The notes: generated from the letters alone by a model not told the origin. DNA of 64,000 bases from Octopus vulgaris (GCA_951406725.2 OX597820.1:53382001-53446000); one strand, 5' to 3'; counted from the stretch's first letter, positions 28,181-41,828 are shown. Numbers and translations: made by a program.

Positions 28181-28186
<6 letters not shown>
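27571..28186. mobile_element. (TA)n-embedded asymmetric fold-back element with ~238-bp arms and a hammerhead in each arm
   Basis: 27666-27903 is the near-exact reverse complement of 27950-28186. There is a unique extension at 27571-27665 and TA tracts on both sides. Confidence 0.9.
28063..28150 (+). ncRNA. Type I hammerhead ribozyme motif with a long stem II (mirror copy on the minus strand at ~27702-27789)
   Basis: TGTGG-CTGAAGA-T-TGCT...(CATTTTA/TAAAATG helix)...AGCA-T-GAAA-C-GATT-G-TA-CTACA. Confidence 0.68.
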
Positions 28187-28256
<70 letters not shown>

Positions 28257-28319
28257 TATATGTGTGTGTTTGTGTGATATGTTAACACTGCCGCTCCATC
28301 TTGACATGTGTTTGTGTCT

Positions 28320-28770
28320 TCGGGTTTGGATTTATCAGCCATCAACGTTTGAGAACCGGTGTTGGTGTGTTTACATTCCCGTAACTTAGCCATTCGTCCC
28401 AAAAAAAGACTGGTGGAGTAAATACCAGACTTCAACAAATTAAGTACTGGAATTGATTCGTTCGACTAAAATGCTTCAATGCGTTGCTCCAGCATGGCCT
28501 CAGTCTAAGGACTGAAACAAGTAAAAGACAAAAGACGTGTGCATGCGCGCGTCTGTGTGTATGTGTGTTTGCCTGTCTGTCTGTGTTTACCACCTCCCAT
28601 CACCAGTTGATAACTGGTGTCGGTTTGATTATGTCCCCGGCTAAAGAGACGAGGAGAATAAGTACCAGGCCTTAAAAAATATAAGTATTAAGATCAATTT
28701 GTTTGACTTAAACACTGAGTGGTGCTCCAGCTTGGCCGTAGTCCAGTGAGTGAAACTAGTAAGTTATAAA
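28320..28770 (+). mobile_element. Two SINE family A 3' halves in tandem
   Basis: GCTCCAGCATGGCC...GACTGAAACAAGTAAAAG-type tails ending near 28515 and 28770. Confidence 0.65.
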
Positions 28771-30959
28771 AGATAATTATCAATTTCAGTACTTTCCTAG
28801 TGTTTGTTTTATCCATTGCAGAAAAAGAAATGCCAGTTTGACGTAGATGAAATTCGAAATCACATAGCAGAGGCATAGCAGAATTAAAACATGTTATTCT
28901 CTTCACCACACAACCGCCTACATATATATATACAAATCTACAAATCGGCAACACTTGATGTTTCCTAGTAAATAATTTGATCAACGGATTAAGGGAGGTA
29001 AAGATTACAAGAAGCAGAGAGAACTTATAAGAAGGGAGTGACATGGTAGATAGATGCAAGGTAAAGCAGGAAAGACAAGTAAAAAAAAAAAAAAAAAAAA
29101 AAAAACTTGAGACTGCGTAAAGATGATGTCGTGCTCGAAAGGTGATAATAGCGTACTCTGTCGTATGGAAAATTCATTAAAGACAAAATTTAATTAGTTT
29201 GTAATCTCTGCGAGAAAATCTGAGAAAAATGATCCGATTTCAAAGTGAGTTGATGTTTATCTTTGTGTGACAAATTTAATGATTTCAGTTTGCTAAAATG
29301 TGATGTATCTAGCGCTGCTCATAATTCATATATCAGATGTATGAAGGATGCAAGCATAGGAACGTATAAACACATGTGTGCATATACTATTTTGATGTAA
29401 ACAAGAATATGAGCAAATAATATACATATACACATGTATACTTCGGTGTGTATAATTACATTTATATGCATAGATGCATAGAGACTATGTTGGAATGTGT
29501 ATAAGCATGTACGTATGAATGTATGTATATATGTGTGTATGTGCGTGTCTGCGTGCGTCTGTGTGTGTGTGTATGTGTGTGTGTGCGTGTGTGTGTGTGT
29601 GTGTGTGAGTTTATGTGTGTGTGTCGCAGGGTATATACTTCTGAGAGTAGGTCCAGAAATGAGAATATATATGTACGAAGCCAAATGAATGTGAGTCATA
29701 GTATATAATCACGCATATATACATTTATATAAGCATAGAGACATACATACATACCTACACACTCACACCGCACACATACATGCATACATACATATGTACA
29801 TACATACATGCATATATACATACATACATACATACATACATACATACAAACATACATACGTACGTACATATATATATATTTATACATACACGCATGCATG
29901 TATACATACGTATATACATAGATGAATACATATATATAAGCAGGAATACATACACACATACATACATATATACGTTCGTACGTGCATACATACATACATA
30001 CATACATACATACATGTGTGGTGGGGTGGAGAGTAAGCTGGCAAATAGGATTATAGCCGAATATTTGTCAGTACACATTTGTCTGATAAAACCACAAGTA
30101 TACATGTAACTACAACTCTTTAAAGTCTTCTAAATCTTTATTTGATCCGTCAATTTCCCATACACACATACACATATGCGCCCAATCAGTATATGTCACT
30201 GTGCATATGTTCGTGAGTATATATTGGACGTATGTTTGAGCGTGTATATGCCTCTGTGTCACCATATATTGTATTTAGTTTTGTGTATATACCAGTGTAT
30301 CACAATACATTGTATTTAGTTTTGTATCACCATATATTGTGTTTAGATTTGTAGTTTAGTGGGGACTAATTTAAAAAGGTTTAACAGAGATACAGATCAT
30401 TGTTTCTCTCCTAGCGAGATTAACGAAATGAACTGTGCTTGTGCTATTTAATCTAAATTTATAGCTTAAGTATATATTTTATACAAATCAAATATGTGAT
30501 ACTGTGTTTTGCGTAAGCTGTAGGATATTGTTTGGGAAATATATCACAAATACACACACACGCACACATATATTCATATATATAGACACATACACATATG
30601 ACACAAATATATGTATATATGTGTGTATAAAAAGCAAACGTGAGATTTTTTGTCTCTATACATTATATATATATATATACACACAGTATATGTGTGTGAG
30701 TGTGTTTATATATATATGGGTATGCTGCGTAAATTGAGTGAAAATTCTGTAAATATTCATGCCTTAACCTTATATATTGACTATAGGAAACAGTCGAATA
30801 TTGGAGAATATAAACCCATGACGACAAAATGACTATTAATACGCGTGGAAATCGCAATAAGTTTGATTCCCAGGCGTACTAATACCCTTTTTTTTCCACC
30901 GTGGGTTTGTAGGTACTTATATTAAACTATGTTTCGAGAGTAAATTTATATGGTGAAAA

Positions 30960-31140
30960 CTAGAGTGGTTGTGTGGTAAGTAGATTGCTTACCAGCCACA
31001 TGGTTCCGGGTACAGTCCCACTGCGTGGCACCTCGGGTAAGTGACTTTTGCCATAGCTTCGGGCCGACTAAAGCCTTGTGAGTGGATTTGGTAGACGGAA
31101 GCTGAAAGAGGCCCGTCGTATATATATATATATATATATA

Positions 31141-31194
<54 letters not shown>

Positions 31195-31630
31195 TAATCC
31201 AAACATGAAAACACAAAGAGAAAACACAACAACGCGAGGACGTTGAACAAATATAGTATTATTGGACGCTCAGGAAGGAAGGGAAGAAGGAGGGTTTAAG
31301 GTTTCGAGCGGAGCTCTTCGTCAGAAACATAGGAAAAGGAAAGATCTAGAGAAGGGAAGACGGAGGAAAAAAAATCGCCAACGGTACACACTCGGTCACA
31401 TTATATATATATATATATATATGCATGTGTGTCCCCCCAACATCGCTTGACAACCGATGCTGGTGTGTTTACGTCCCCGTATCTTAGCTGTTCGGCAGAA
31501 GAGACCGATATAATAAGTACTAGGCTTACAAAGAATAAGTCCTGGGGTCGATTTGCTCGACTAAAGACGGTGCTCCAGCATGGCCGCAGTCAAAATGACT
31601 GAAACAAGTAAAAGAGAAAAAAAGAGAGAG
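30960..31630 (+). mobile_element. SINE family A copy with a nested hammerhead-bearing insert
   Basis: Head 30960-31118, TA tract, insert 31190-31401, TA tract, tail 31425-31630. Confidence 0.82.
31294..31328 (-). ncRNA. Minimal PLE-type hammerhead ribozyme inside the insert at 31190-31401
   Basis: Minus strand GTTT-CTGACGA-A-GAGC-TCC-GCTC-GAAA-CC-TT-AAAC. Related copies have GAAACGTT/GAAACGTA. Confidence 0.65.
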
Positions 31631-32879
31631 TATGCACACACACACACACGTTTATACGTGTGTGGTGGGTGTTATTGTGTTTGTTTTTGACGTCGCCTCC
31701 ACCAACGCTTCACAACCGATGACGATTTGTTTACGCGCCCATTACATTGCGGTCCAGCAAGTTGTATAGAATATGTACCAGGCTCACCAAATAAGTACTG
31801 GGGTCGATTTGTTTGACTAAATCTTTCAAGGCGGTGTCCCAGCACGACTGCTGTCTAATGACTGAAAGAAGAAACGATAAGAGATATAAAATTTTAGCAA
31901 ATACTGTTTGGCTTCTACGAAGAAATAACAGGAAATAATTGTTTAACAATATAACCGTTGTTTGAAAAATAATATGGGTACGGCCCTAAGATTAGTAAAT
32001 ATAAGATAAAACTAATGAATTATCGCTTGTTATCATAAAAACGTCTCCTCACCAAGTCAGCCACTTTCAAATATAGCTTACGCAATTAAGCAGCAATAAC
32101 TCCAGGTTATTCTATGCCAATTAACAGGCATTTGCTATGATGCTCAACATTTTTTGCAAATTATCTACTGAATTCTTAGACAGTTCTTTCATAATCATCT
32201 GAAGATCTTCAGGAAAATTTGAGCAGCATTTCATTAAGATTCAGCTTTCAACCCATTCCCTCTCCCTCCTCTCTCTCTTTCTCTTTATATATATATATAA
32301 ATATATGGGGGGTGTATGTGTGTGTGCGTGCATGTATATGTATATATATATATATATATATATACGTACGTACGTACATACGTTTGGAAGCATATGCGTG
32401 TAAAATATAGACGTCGTATTGTCTTGTATAGCGCGTATATATCGGTGTATATATGTATGTGTATTTATATATATATACTTCGTATAAGTATTAAGTGCTT
32501 TATAGATAAAAACGTGAAATTCACGTTTGACGTTCCTCCGGAAAACAACAGTCATTCACTTCATTCTTTTCAGTCACACTCGACACAAGGCCCGAAATTT
32601 GTGGGAGGGAGCCAGTCGATTAGATCGACACCAATACGCAACTAGTATTTAATTTATCGACCCCAAAAGAATGAAAGGCAAAGTATAAAATATCGAATGA
32701 TAGTTTTTTTTTTAATTTGAAGTAAAACTGTAAAATGGTGATTGTCTGAAATATAAATTTAAAATTAAAAATTACTACTTTTGATGAGAGTCTATAAATC
32801 CATACATACTTCCTTGGTTATTCTTCGGCAGCAATCAATAATATTCATACGAAAAAATCCGTCGTATTGTCTTGTATCT

Positions 32880-32954
<75 letters not shown>

Positions 32955-32959
<5 letters not shown>

Positions 32960-33390
32960 AAGACTTTATATATAAAGAACGTGAAATTCACGAATTGACG
33001 AACACGGAAAACAGACAGTCATTCAGAGCCTTCATTCTTCAGTCAGAAACCGATTCATCATGGCAAATTTCGGCTGTTTAATTCTGAGATTTGCTCCAAA
33101 ACGGCCAGCCCCAAGGAAAAGCTAAGCTATGGGCATTAGATTTCCTTGGTAGAAGGAAAGAATGTGACAACAGAGACGAATAGGAAAACAAGAGACGAAG
33201 ATAAAATTGGAAACAGTAACGAATAAAAACAGGAATGGCACGGGGCGTCTTACGACTTTGAGACAAAATGGGACAAAAACAATTGATCAGCAAGCGTGGG
33301 AAGCGATTACCTTTTCAGTAGAGATGACACGTGTAGTACAGGCGGCTGTCACCAATGGAATGGCTTAGTAGCAGCAGGTTGCAAGAAGGT

Positions 33391-33393
<3 letters not shown>
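32955..33393 (-). mobile_element. (TA)n-flanked insert of an unnamed family (related segments at 19803-19935 and 32480-32577)
   Basis: The reverse complement of ~33000-33085 aligns to GATTAATCAGCCGAAATTGCGAGGATGATCCGGTTCTTGACTGAAGATTGAAG at 19805. Confidence 0.55.
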
Positions 33394-33431
<38 letters not shown>

Positions 33432-33469
33432 GAATGGAGTTGAACGACTAGTTAACAAATATCCTTTAT

Positions 33470-33550
33470 TCTCGACATATGTTTCGAAGGCTGCATATTC
33501 CTAATTCCGAAGGAATAAGGAGTACATCATGCAGATTTCTCATCAGGAAA
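33470..33550 (-). ncRNA. Canonical type I hammerhead ribozyme in a 123-bp insert (33428-33550) within (TA)n
   Basis: Minus strand TTTC-CTGATGA-GAA..CTGCAT...ATGCAG..TTC-GAAA-CATATG-TC-GAGA. The core is intact, the G10.1-C11.1 pair is present, stem III is the palindrome ACATATGT, and the triplet is GUC. Confidence 0.78.
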
Positions 33551-33577
33551 TATATATATATATATATATATATATAC

Positions 33578-33863
33578 TAGTTGTTTCAGTCATTTGACTG
33601 CGGCCATGCTGGAGCACCCCCTTTTGTCGAGGAAGTCGACCCCATGATTTATTCTTTGTAAGCCTATTCTATCGGTCTCTTTTGGTGAACTAGCATTGGT
33701 TGTCAAGTGATGTTGGGAGGACAAACACAGACACACAAACATATACACACACATACATATATACATATATATACATATATACGATGGACTTCTTTCAATT
33801 TCCGTCTACCAAATCCACTCACAAGGCTTTGGTCGGCCCGAGGCTATAGTAGAAGATACTTGC

Positions 33864-33868
<5 letters not shown>
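33578..33868 (-). mobile_element. SINE family A copy (5'-truncated)
   Basis: TTGTTTCAGTCATTTGACTGCGGCCATGCTGGAGC...TCCGTCTACCAAATCCACTCACAAGGCTTTGGTCGGCCCGAGGCTATAGTAGAAGA. Confidence 0.8.
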
Positions 33869-33909
<41 letters not shown>

Positions 33910-35877
33910 CGTGTGAGGGACATATTCATCAAACTGGTTACTGTAGATCAAGTATAGTCAATGACGTTATACATGACTTGATCTGCCCTACAGAAAATTT
34001 GATTAACTCTTATCATCGGATGTGTTTGTGAAGCAAGCTTCTTACCAAACAGCCATGCCCATACATTTGCATATGCACATATACATAAGTATATAACAGG
34101 TATTCATACACACGCATAAAAACTCACTCGCAGAAACACTCACGTATATTCTTATCAGTCACACATACACATTCGTACCACCCATACACACACATACACA
34201 AACGCACACAAATATGTATATATATAGACACAATATCTTATGTGCTCTATTTTATAAAACCGTATTGTTGGTTCAAGTAACATAATTTAACTGTCATTTC
34301 TAGCAGGAGTAACCACCAAGAGACCCCTTCATTGACGTATGTTTCTGCATTTCATACAAATAAGGTCGTGTGAAAGGCTGGATAAGTGATGACTACTTTT
34401 TTTTTAATATTAACTGAATACCCACATTTCGTACACTATAACTATTGTGTCTTCGATCTCCTTTTAATCAAATTTGCTGTAAAAAAGTACTTTAAACGGG
34501 TGGTACTCGCTGCGCTCTTAGAAGCCAGTGCATTTATCTAGTTTTTAAGCGTCTCTTTAATAAAATTCAAACCTTTCTTTAAACCTAGAAAATGGTGTAG
34601 ATATTTTCATATGCAACATCATATGATTTCATCGCCCTCCATTTAATGATTTTATAAAGCAATCAGCATTGTATATGATGTCTTGGGAAGGTACGGTTAC
34701 ATTAGTTCCGATAGAAAGATGCTTTGTTATGATGAATTATAACTACCTAAAACTATGTTTCACTGAGGAGGTCTAATAAGACCTCAACAGGCATAGGTCT
34801 AACACAGTGGTTTAGCGAAAATATAAGAAAATATTGGGGTTTTATTAGATACCTAGCAGCAGCTATCCTATGATTTTATGATTTCAGTCCACATGACCAC
34901 TTGTAGCCGATAGCCAAAACAAATAAAACCAGCTACAGGAACACGTTGTCTAAATTCACAACTTGGAAAGTGAGGTTTGGTAGATTCACACATGTCATAG
35001 ATTAAATGACGACAAAGCGTTCGAAAAGGGTTGGACAGTTATACATGCGGCAAATGTTACGTGAGAATGCCTACGGCGCTAAACACTTTATTACGTTGCA
35101 ATAAAACAAAACCGAAATAGCAATGCTGATACCATTGTTTATTAGGTCATTCATGATGGAATAGCTCTATGTTCATAGAAGTTCCTGCTGTGGTTATCTC
35201 TGTCATTACATAACGTAGAGCGTACAGGATTTTCATTATCCAATTAGATTCTTATATTAAAGCATTAGGGTGTGCTTTGAAGGATACGCAACAGTTATTT
35301 TTAGTAGATTTTGTAACCAGATAGTGTTACTCATTTCTTTGTGCAGGAGGAGCTTCATCTTGGTCTTGAACTGAAATGATTTGGCTTCTCAGTAAAACGG
35401 TATCCGCAAGTAAACACGAGCAAGAAAAGACACACGGAAAGATATAAATGCAAATATATATGTGTGTACGTGTGGGTACCAGCAGATAGATATCATCTCT
35501 GTATTTTTCTATCTATCTATATATATATCTCCCACTCTCTCTCTCTTTCCTTCGCCCTCTCTCTTTCTATATATATACATACATACATATGTTTGTGTGT
35601 CTGTGTATTTAGGTATTTAGGTATGTATACGTTCGGAGCTAATGATCCATTTCGTCGTTACTCAGAGTGCTTTGCTATGAGTGAGCCTCAAGGCGACAAA
35701 AGGATGAGTTGTTTATATGGAGAAATTCCATTCAGCTGCTGAAGATCCACTTCTAGTATGTTTTGGTGTGTATGCTTGCATCTGTGCGCGTGTGTGTTCG
35801 TGTGTAAATAACTCAAAATATATATGTAGTATTATACATATATAGAGAGACAGAGAAAGAGAGAAAATGAAACGCAA

Positions 35878-35912
<35 letters not shown>

Positions 35913-38900
35913 CAGAGAAAGAGAAATAAGGAGAGACTGAGAGACAGAGAAAGATATGCCAATAGGGTACAGTTCAGGCATGTCTTTAAGTGCAGTAAAT
36001 TCTTGGTAAATATTTAATTCAAATGTATTTCAATAAAGCCTAATTGTATTAAAGCCTATTGAAAATTACCTTCTTGTGTTCTTCAGGTTAGCAATTTTTT
36101 CTATATACTTGCGTATACATGTGTATACACGTATTTTCCAATGTATACGTATGTATTCCTGTACTTCATGCATCTGTAAGGCTATGAATGACTGATGTGG
36201 TTCACTGTATGTATGTGTTTACGTGCTGCTGTTTGAGTCTTATCAATGAATAGTATATGACTAAAGTACCATTACAAAATAGTATTGAGTACACTATAAA
36301 GGCTGTAGACTACGCCGCCAGGTGGCAATCTTTTGGTATCTGTTCTATTTGTCGATGTTTTAGATGTTTCAGCTTACCAAAAATATTCAAAAAGGCTAGT
36401 TCAGTCAAACACCGATTCAATCTTTCCCGAGTCACGGACTTGGTTAATCTGCTCTAAATCCATGTGTTACTGTGCAAAATGATCGGTATGTGTACATGGT
36501 TGTGTGAAGAAATTCAAGCTATGTGTGCTTAACTATGCCTTTTCTGTTTTTCTTCTGTCCCAACCGCCAAGTAAGGACAAGGTATATAGCTTGTATCTAA
36601 GTTATTTGGCTACCACTTATACGAGTTGTTACTATTGTTATTTTTTGTCACTACTAGAGTTGATATCATTTTTACCCCAATTGTGTTTCCTTAACTTTAG
36701 TAACATTTAGCATCCTATTTAAAGCAAAATCTTTAACGACACAGCTGCTTTCAAATTTGTTAATTATAGGACGCTTCTACTGCAGATAGATCCGATAATG
36801 AGATGTGTTTCTGGACAGAGAAGGAGACGCTCCGAATCATTACCGTTCTGGTCTGTAGGTCAACATTCATATTATTTGGTGGTGCAGTAGTTGAAATTGT
36901 TATGTTTTTAGAGAAGACTTCTTACACCGAGTACGACATGAGCAGATTACAACTAGCTGAGTATTATACTTATATTATTTTTGTATTTGTGTATTTATTC
37001 CTTGACCAGAAGAAGGGTAGCAGCCATGATATTACCATGAAAAATCTGTGACTATCGGGAGGGTGGAGGAAGAAATATTCTTTGGGTGGAGGCCCGGCCA
37101 GAATTCTTGCAATAGAATGAATGCACATCACTACAGGGGCCTCTTTGGCAAGACAACTCGTTAGCAGATTCGTCAGAGCTAGGAGACACACACAACAGAT
37201 ATGCTTATCTGCTGGTTCTGGATTTCTACATATTTTGTCAATTAGGACTGAAGTTGAGAAGAAAATATTAAGTAGACCTGTTTTGTTATAAAAATACCAT
37301 TTTTTGCCCTTTATATTGCTTTGGATTTAAAGATCTGAAAGATTTGTATAGTATCCTTCTTAATTACTATACCACAAGCAGTATACTCTATCTCAGAAGA
37401 ATCTGTTTGGTTCTGTTATCTGTCCATTATTAATTCAAAAATAAGAAAAATTATATAATGTTCTATATTTCTTATTTTAACTTCAAATAACATTTAAAAA
37501 CACCATTTTAATATTCTTTTTGTAGGTCGTTCATTTTATCTTACATTTTTTCGTTTTAGTGAGAAGGGAAATCAACACCTTGGCCTTTCACATATCTCCA
37601 GAAAAATAGTGGGAGGGAGAGAGGAAGGTATCCTAAAACCGAAATCTTGGGCCAAGGAGAATGAACTCTGCTAATGGCACCCGACCTACCAGTTGTAGTT
37701 AATTGGAGTGTCGAATTAAGTCTATCACCCCCAGTAGGCATTGGTAGAATTTGAACTCACGATGCATTGTAGCGGAACGAATACTGCAAAACATTCTGTA
37801 CGAGATGATTACAGTTCCACTAATCCATCATCTGAAAGGATAGAAGACAATTTTGTCCTCAGCAGGATTCAACTTCAAACCGTAGAGTGTCAGAATGAAC
37901 ATAATAAAAAGCGAAAACAAACTACCACACCAGTGATTTTGTCCAACACTCTAACGACCCTTGCCAAATCGTCAGCTTTTACTGGTAGATTATTAAGATA
38001 GTTATGTGAACAGAAATTACAATACAAAACACAACGGGGTAAATTTACTTTTAAAATGTCAGCATTGGGTGATAAATGAAATGATAATGTTTTAACCCCA
38101 CTGTTAGAGCAGCAAGTATCACATTTTCCAGGGCTTGTACCGATTCGCTGCTCTCTGAATACAAATTCTATCGAGGCCTACAGGACATGTAAACACTTCG
38201 GAATCGATAAATTATCAGCTAAAGCAGGGGTCAATTTCTTCCTATCTTACTCTCTCTTTCTGTCTCAGTCTTTATCTCCCTCTCTCTCTTTCGGAATCTA
38301 TTACATCATAGAGACAAGGAAAAAGCGTTTATATTGCAAACATACGCCATCTTTTCACAAGAAATAATTTACAGATAGCGGTTTTAAACTGGGTGACAGA
38401 CGGTGTCTCCCATTGAGTCTATCACATCTCACACCTCAAACATTTGGTGGATCTAAGGCGATTTTAATATAATTTACTGTCGAATGTACGGTGCAGTGGC
38501 TAGAAGCATGCAGCTGAGATAGAAACTTGTTAACTACACAACCTCCACCATAATTGTTAATCGTACAGCACACACATATGAAATAATACCGGTATTATTG
38601 TCTTAATGTACAATGAGAGAATATGAACCATTAACATTCTGGTTTTTAGTTCAACATTCCAACTCGCGGCCTTTTAATAATAAACTAAAGCTCTATAACC
38701 ATGTGTAGTGTTTTGGCTGCAATTATGAAGTTACACTTCGAACAAATTTCCTCGAGAGATTTCATTGAACTTACAATAGATTTTTTTGTCACATTATACA
38801 TTGTCTGGCTTCACATATAATTACATATACACTACGTATAACGATTCTAAATATTCAGTCTGTTGGGTCTGAATTATAACTGTCAAGTCACAACTTATTC

Positions 38901-39366
38901 TCCCGCTTTGTTCTGACTAACACATTTATAATCTATTAAGTGTGAACATTTCTTTACTTAAAAGTTTAACTTTACAAACTCAATGATTCATTCTATGCTG
39001 TATAATGATGACAGAATATAATCAATTTTTAATTGTAAATGATGATATATGTATGATATAATAATAATTTATTTATTTATGGATAATAACGAGTGTTTCA
39101 GATTTTGTCACTTGGCTAGGAATTGTGGAGGGTGGGGTGAGTTCATACCATCGATCCATGTACTTAACAGGCACTTTATTTTATCAACCCGAAAGGATGA
39201 AAGGCAAAGTTGTCCCTGTAGCTGAGTATCAGTACATGCATGTATGTGTGTATTTAGGTTTATGCATGCATGTTTGTATATATGTATGTATGCATGTATG
39301 TATGTATGTATGCATGTATGTATGTATGTATGTATGTACGTATGTACGTTTGTTTGTATGTATGTA

Positions 39367-39538
39367 GGCGCAGGAGTGGCTGTGTATTAACTAGCTGTGT
39401 ATTAACCAGCCACATGGGTCCGGGTTCAGTCCCACTGCGTGGCACATTGGACAAGTGCCTTCTACTATAGCGTCGTGTCGACCAAAGCCTTGTGAGTGGA
39501 TTTCGTAGACGGAAACTGAAAGAAGCCCGTCGTATATA

Positions 39539-39575
<37 letters not shown>

Positions 39576-39811
39576 GTATTTGTGTGTATATGCTTGTGTG
39601 TCTGTATTTGTTCCCCCAACATCACTTGGCAACCAATGCTGGTGTGTTTACGTCCCCGTAGCTTAGCGGTTCAGCAAAAGAAAGCGATAGAATAAGTACT
39701 AAGCTTACAAAGAATACGTCCTCGGGTCGATTTGGTCGACTAAAGGCGGTGCACCAGTATGGCCGCTGTCAAATGACTGAAACAAGTAAAAGAGTAAAAA
39801 AGTAAAAGAGT
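39367..39811 (+). mobile_element. Full-length SINE family A
   Basis: Head, internal TA tract and AAAAGAGT tail as in 14183-14560. Confidence 0.9.
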
Positions 39812-40932
39812 ATTCAGTAATATTTTAGACTGAGACATGTATTTATGTTGTTGTTACATAATAACTAAGTGTGAGTCCCACAAAAAGCGCTTCGTTTCCC
39901 CAGAGGGCTTCTTCTATGGCTCAAACTCTAATACCACAGAAGAATTTTTTTCGTTTCGTCGTTAAAGTGAGATTAACAATTAGAGAAGACTATAAAAGCA
40001 AAATGTTGAAATAGTCAATATCACCTTCTGGTTGCCTCTACATCAATGAAGGAGCAAAATTTAGCTTAAATTGTATCTATTTTTTAAAATCAAATCTTGA
40101 GATGATCTAGGCTTCTAATTAATTCAAAATACGTCACTAACTGCAAAATTCCTTTAAAACATACAAGTGTATAACAGATCAATTTAAACTGGTTATCTTA
40201 AATTTACGAAAGTTTAGATCAGATACTATAGTTTGCTAATTTGCTAAATCTAAATAAGAAAAAATGAATAAAAGTTCGTATAATTTTTCCATAGTGTGTC
40301 ACTTTGTGGTAAATGCATTTAGGCTAGCATTCATGCGTTTTCAATTATTCAAAAGATATCGATCTGATAATTAAAAAGTTACCAGATTTGTTAAGAAAGT
40401 TTAGTATTAGATTTTTGTAGGATTACATAGTTCGCAAGTTTTAGCATCATTACACATTTTAGGCGTCTTTCAAGAATTTACCATTAGATATTGAATGCAG
40501 TATATTTGTCGTTCGAAATTCCAACGCTGTTGCTGAGGCTGATTTGTTTGCATTTATTCCTTCTCTGCTTCACTAGCACGAGGTATGTGTACAGTGGTCC
40601 TCTTTAACATTATCCTCCCCTATATCGACATAGCATTTACACTGGTATCTATGGATATTTATGGATATAACATTTTCTTCATAGAACATTTTTTCGGCAT
40701 TGCATGTTTGATATAAAGAGTGTGCCTGTAGTCATTTCTGCATGAACGAATTACATCTACTGGTTTAGGTGCATAATTTAGTTTCACGTATTAGTTTCGC
40801 AGTTAGCACTAATATTTTTCAGTTTTGATGTCTGATGGTACGAAATGTAAGATTCAGTTACGTAATCTGTAAAAAGTTATGGCATGGAATATGAAAATTA
40901 GGTTCGCTGGCAAATATATATATATATATGTA

Positions 40933-41000
<68 letters not shown>

Positions 41001-41091
41001 TATATATATATATGGATATATACATACATAAATATATATACATATATACACACATATATGTTTATTTATATATATATATCGTATATCATGC

Positions 41092-41149
<58 letters not shown>

Positions 41150-41428
41150 CGTTTGTTTTTACGTTCAGTTATATTAAAAACAATTTTACATTAATCTGAT
41201 CAGTTACTCTGGCTTATTTACAAAGTTTTATGTGCATGAATAAACTATAAATAATAACAAATTTACTCAATAAAAGATTCTTTTTTAAAAAATACCTTTC
41301 CATAACAATCGACTACAAAAACCTAATTACCACCACACTCTCTGCTCCCTCTACAAAATGATTTTTAGCTCAACAAAAATATAAACTATATAAAGACATG
41401 TCTAACCCAAACTCTAATGCGCCGCATT

Positions 41429-41463
41429 CCGATGATGTCTTACCTGGTTGAAACTTCGAAGTC
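41429..41463 (+). ncRNA. Degenerate hammerhead motif at the end of a (TA)n-flanked insert (41150-41491)
   Basis: CCGATGA...GAAA-CTTCGAAG-TC with palindromic stem III ACTTCGAAGT and GUC triplet. It has a U4C core change, and stems I and II pair poorly. Confidence 0.45.
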
Positions 41464-41491
41464 ACTCTCAATAAAATGTTTGCATAAGCAT

Positions 41492-41518
<27 letters not shown>

Positions 41519-41522
<4 letters not shown>

Positions 41523-41778
41523 ATAATTATATTAGGGAGTAAATCCAAACTTACAGGGAAAAATTAGATTTAGGATTAAATCTAATTTTATAGTATAAAT
41601 ATATATATTAAATTCGAGATAAAACCACTATTAGGCAATTCAAACTGAAAATCATAAGCCAATACATAGAAATAAAATTATTAATAAAATATACAAAATA
41701 TTAAATTCAAAATTTAAATTATTTAAATTTAAAGTTAAGATTTTAGAAATTATTTAGATTAATAATTTATACCTATAA

Positions 41779-41828
<50 letters not shown>

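Noticed and set aside
36803-37051. ORF containing FLEKTSY, superficially like HS3ST exon 2 MEKTPSY
   Set aside because: It has no other sulfotransferase motifs, is too short, and has the wrong context.
40832-40856. CTGATGGTACGAAATGTA hammerhead-like string near a TA tract
   Set aside because: There is no room for stem II and stem I does not pair convincingly.
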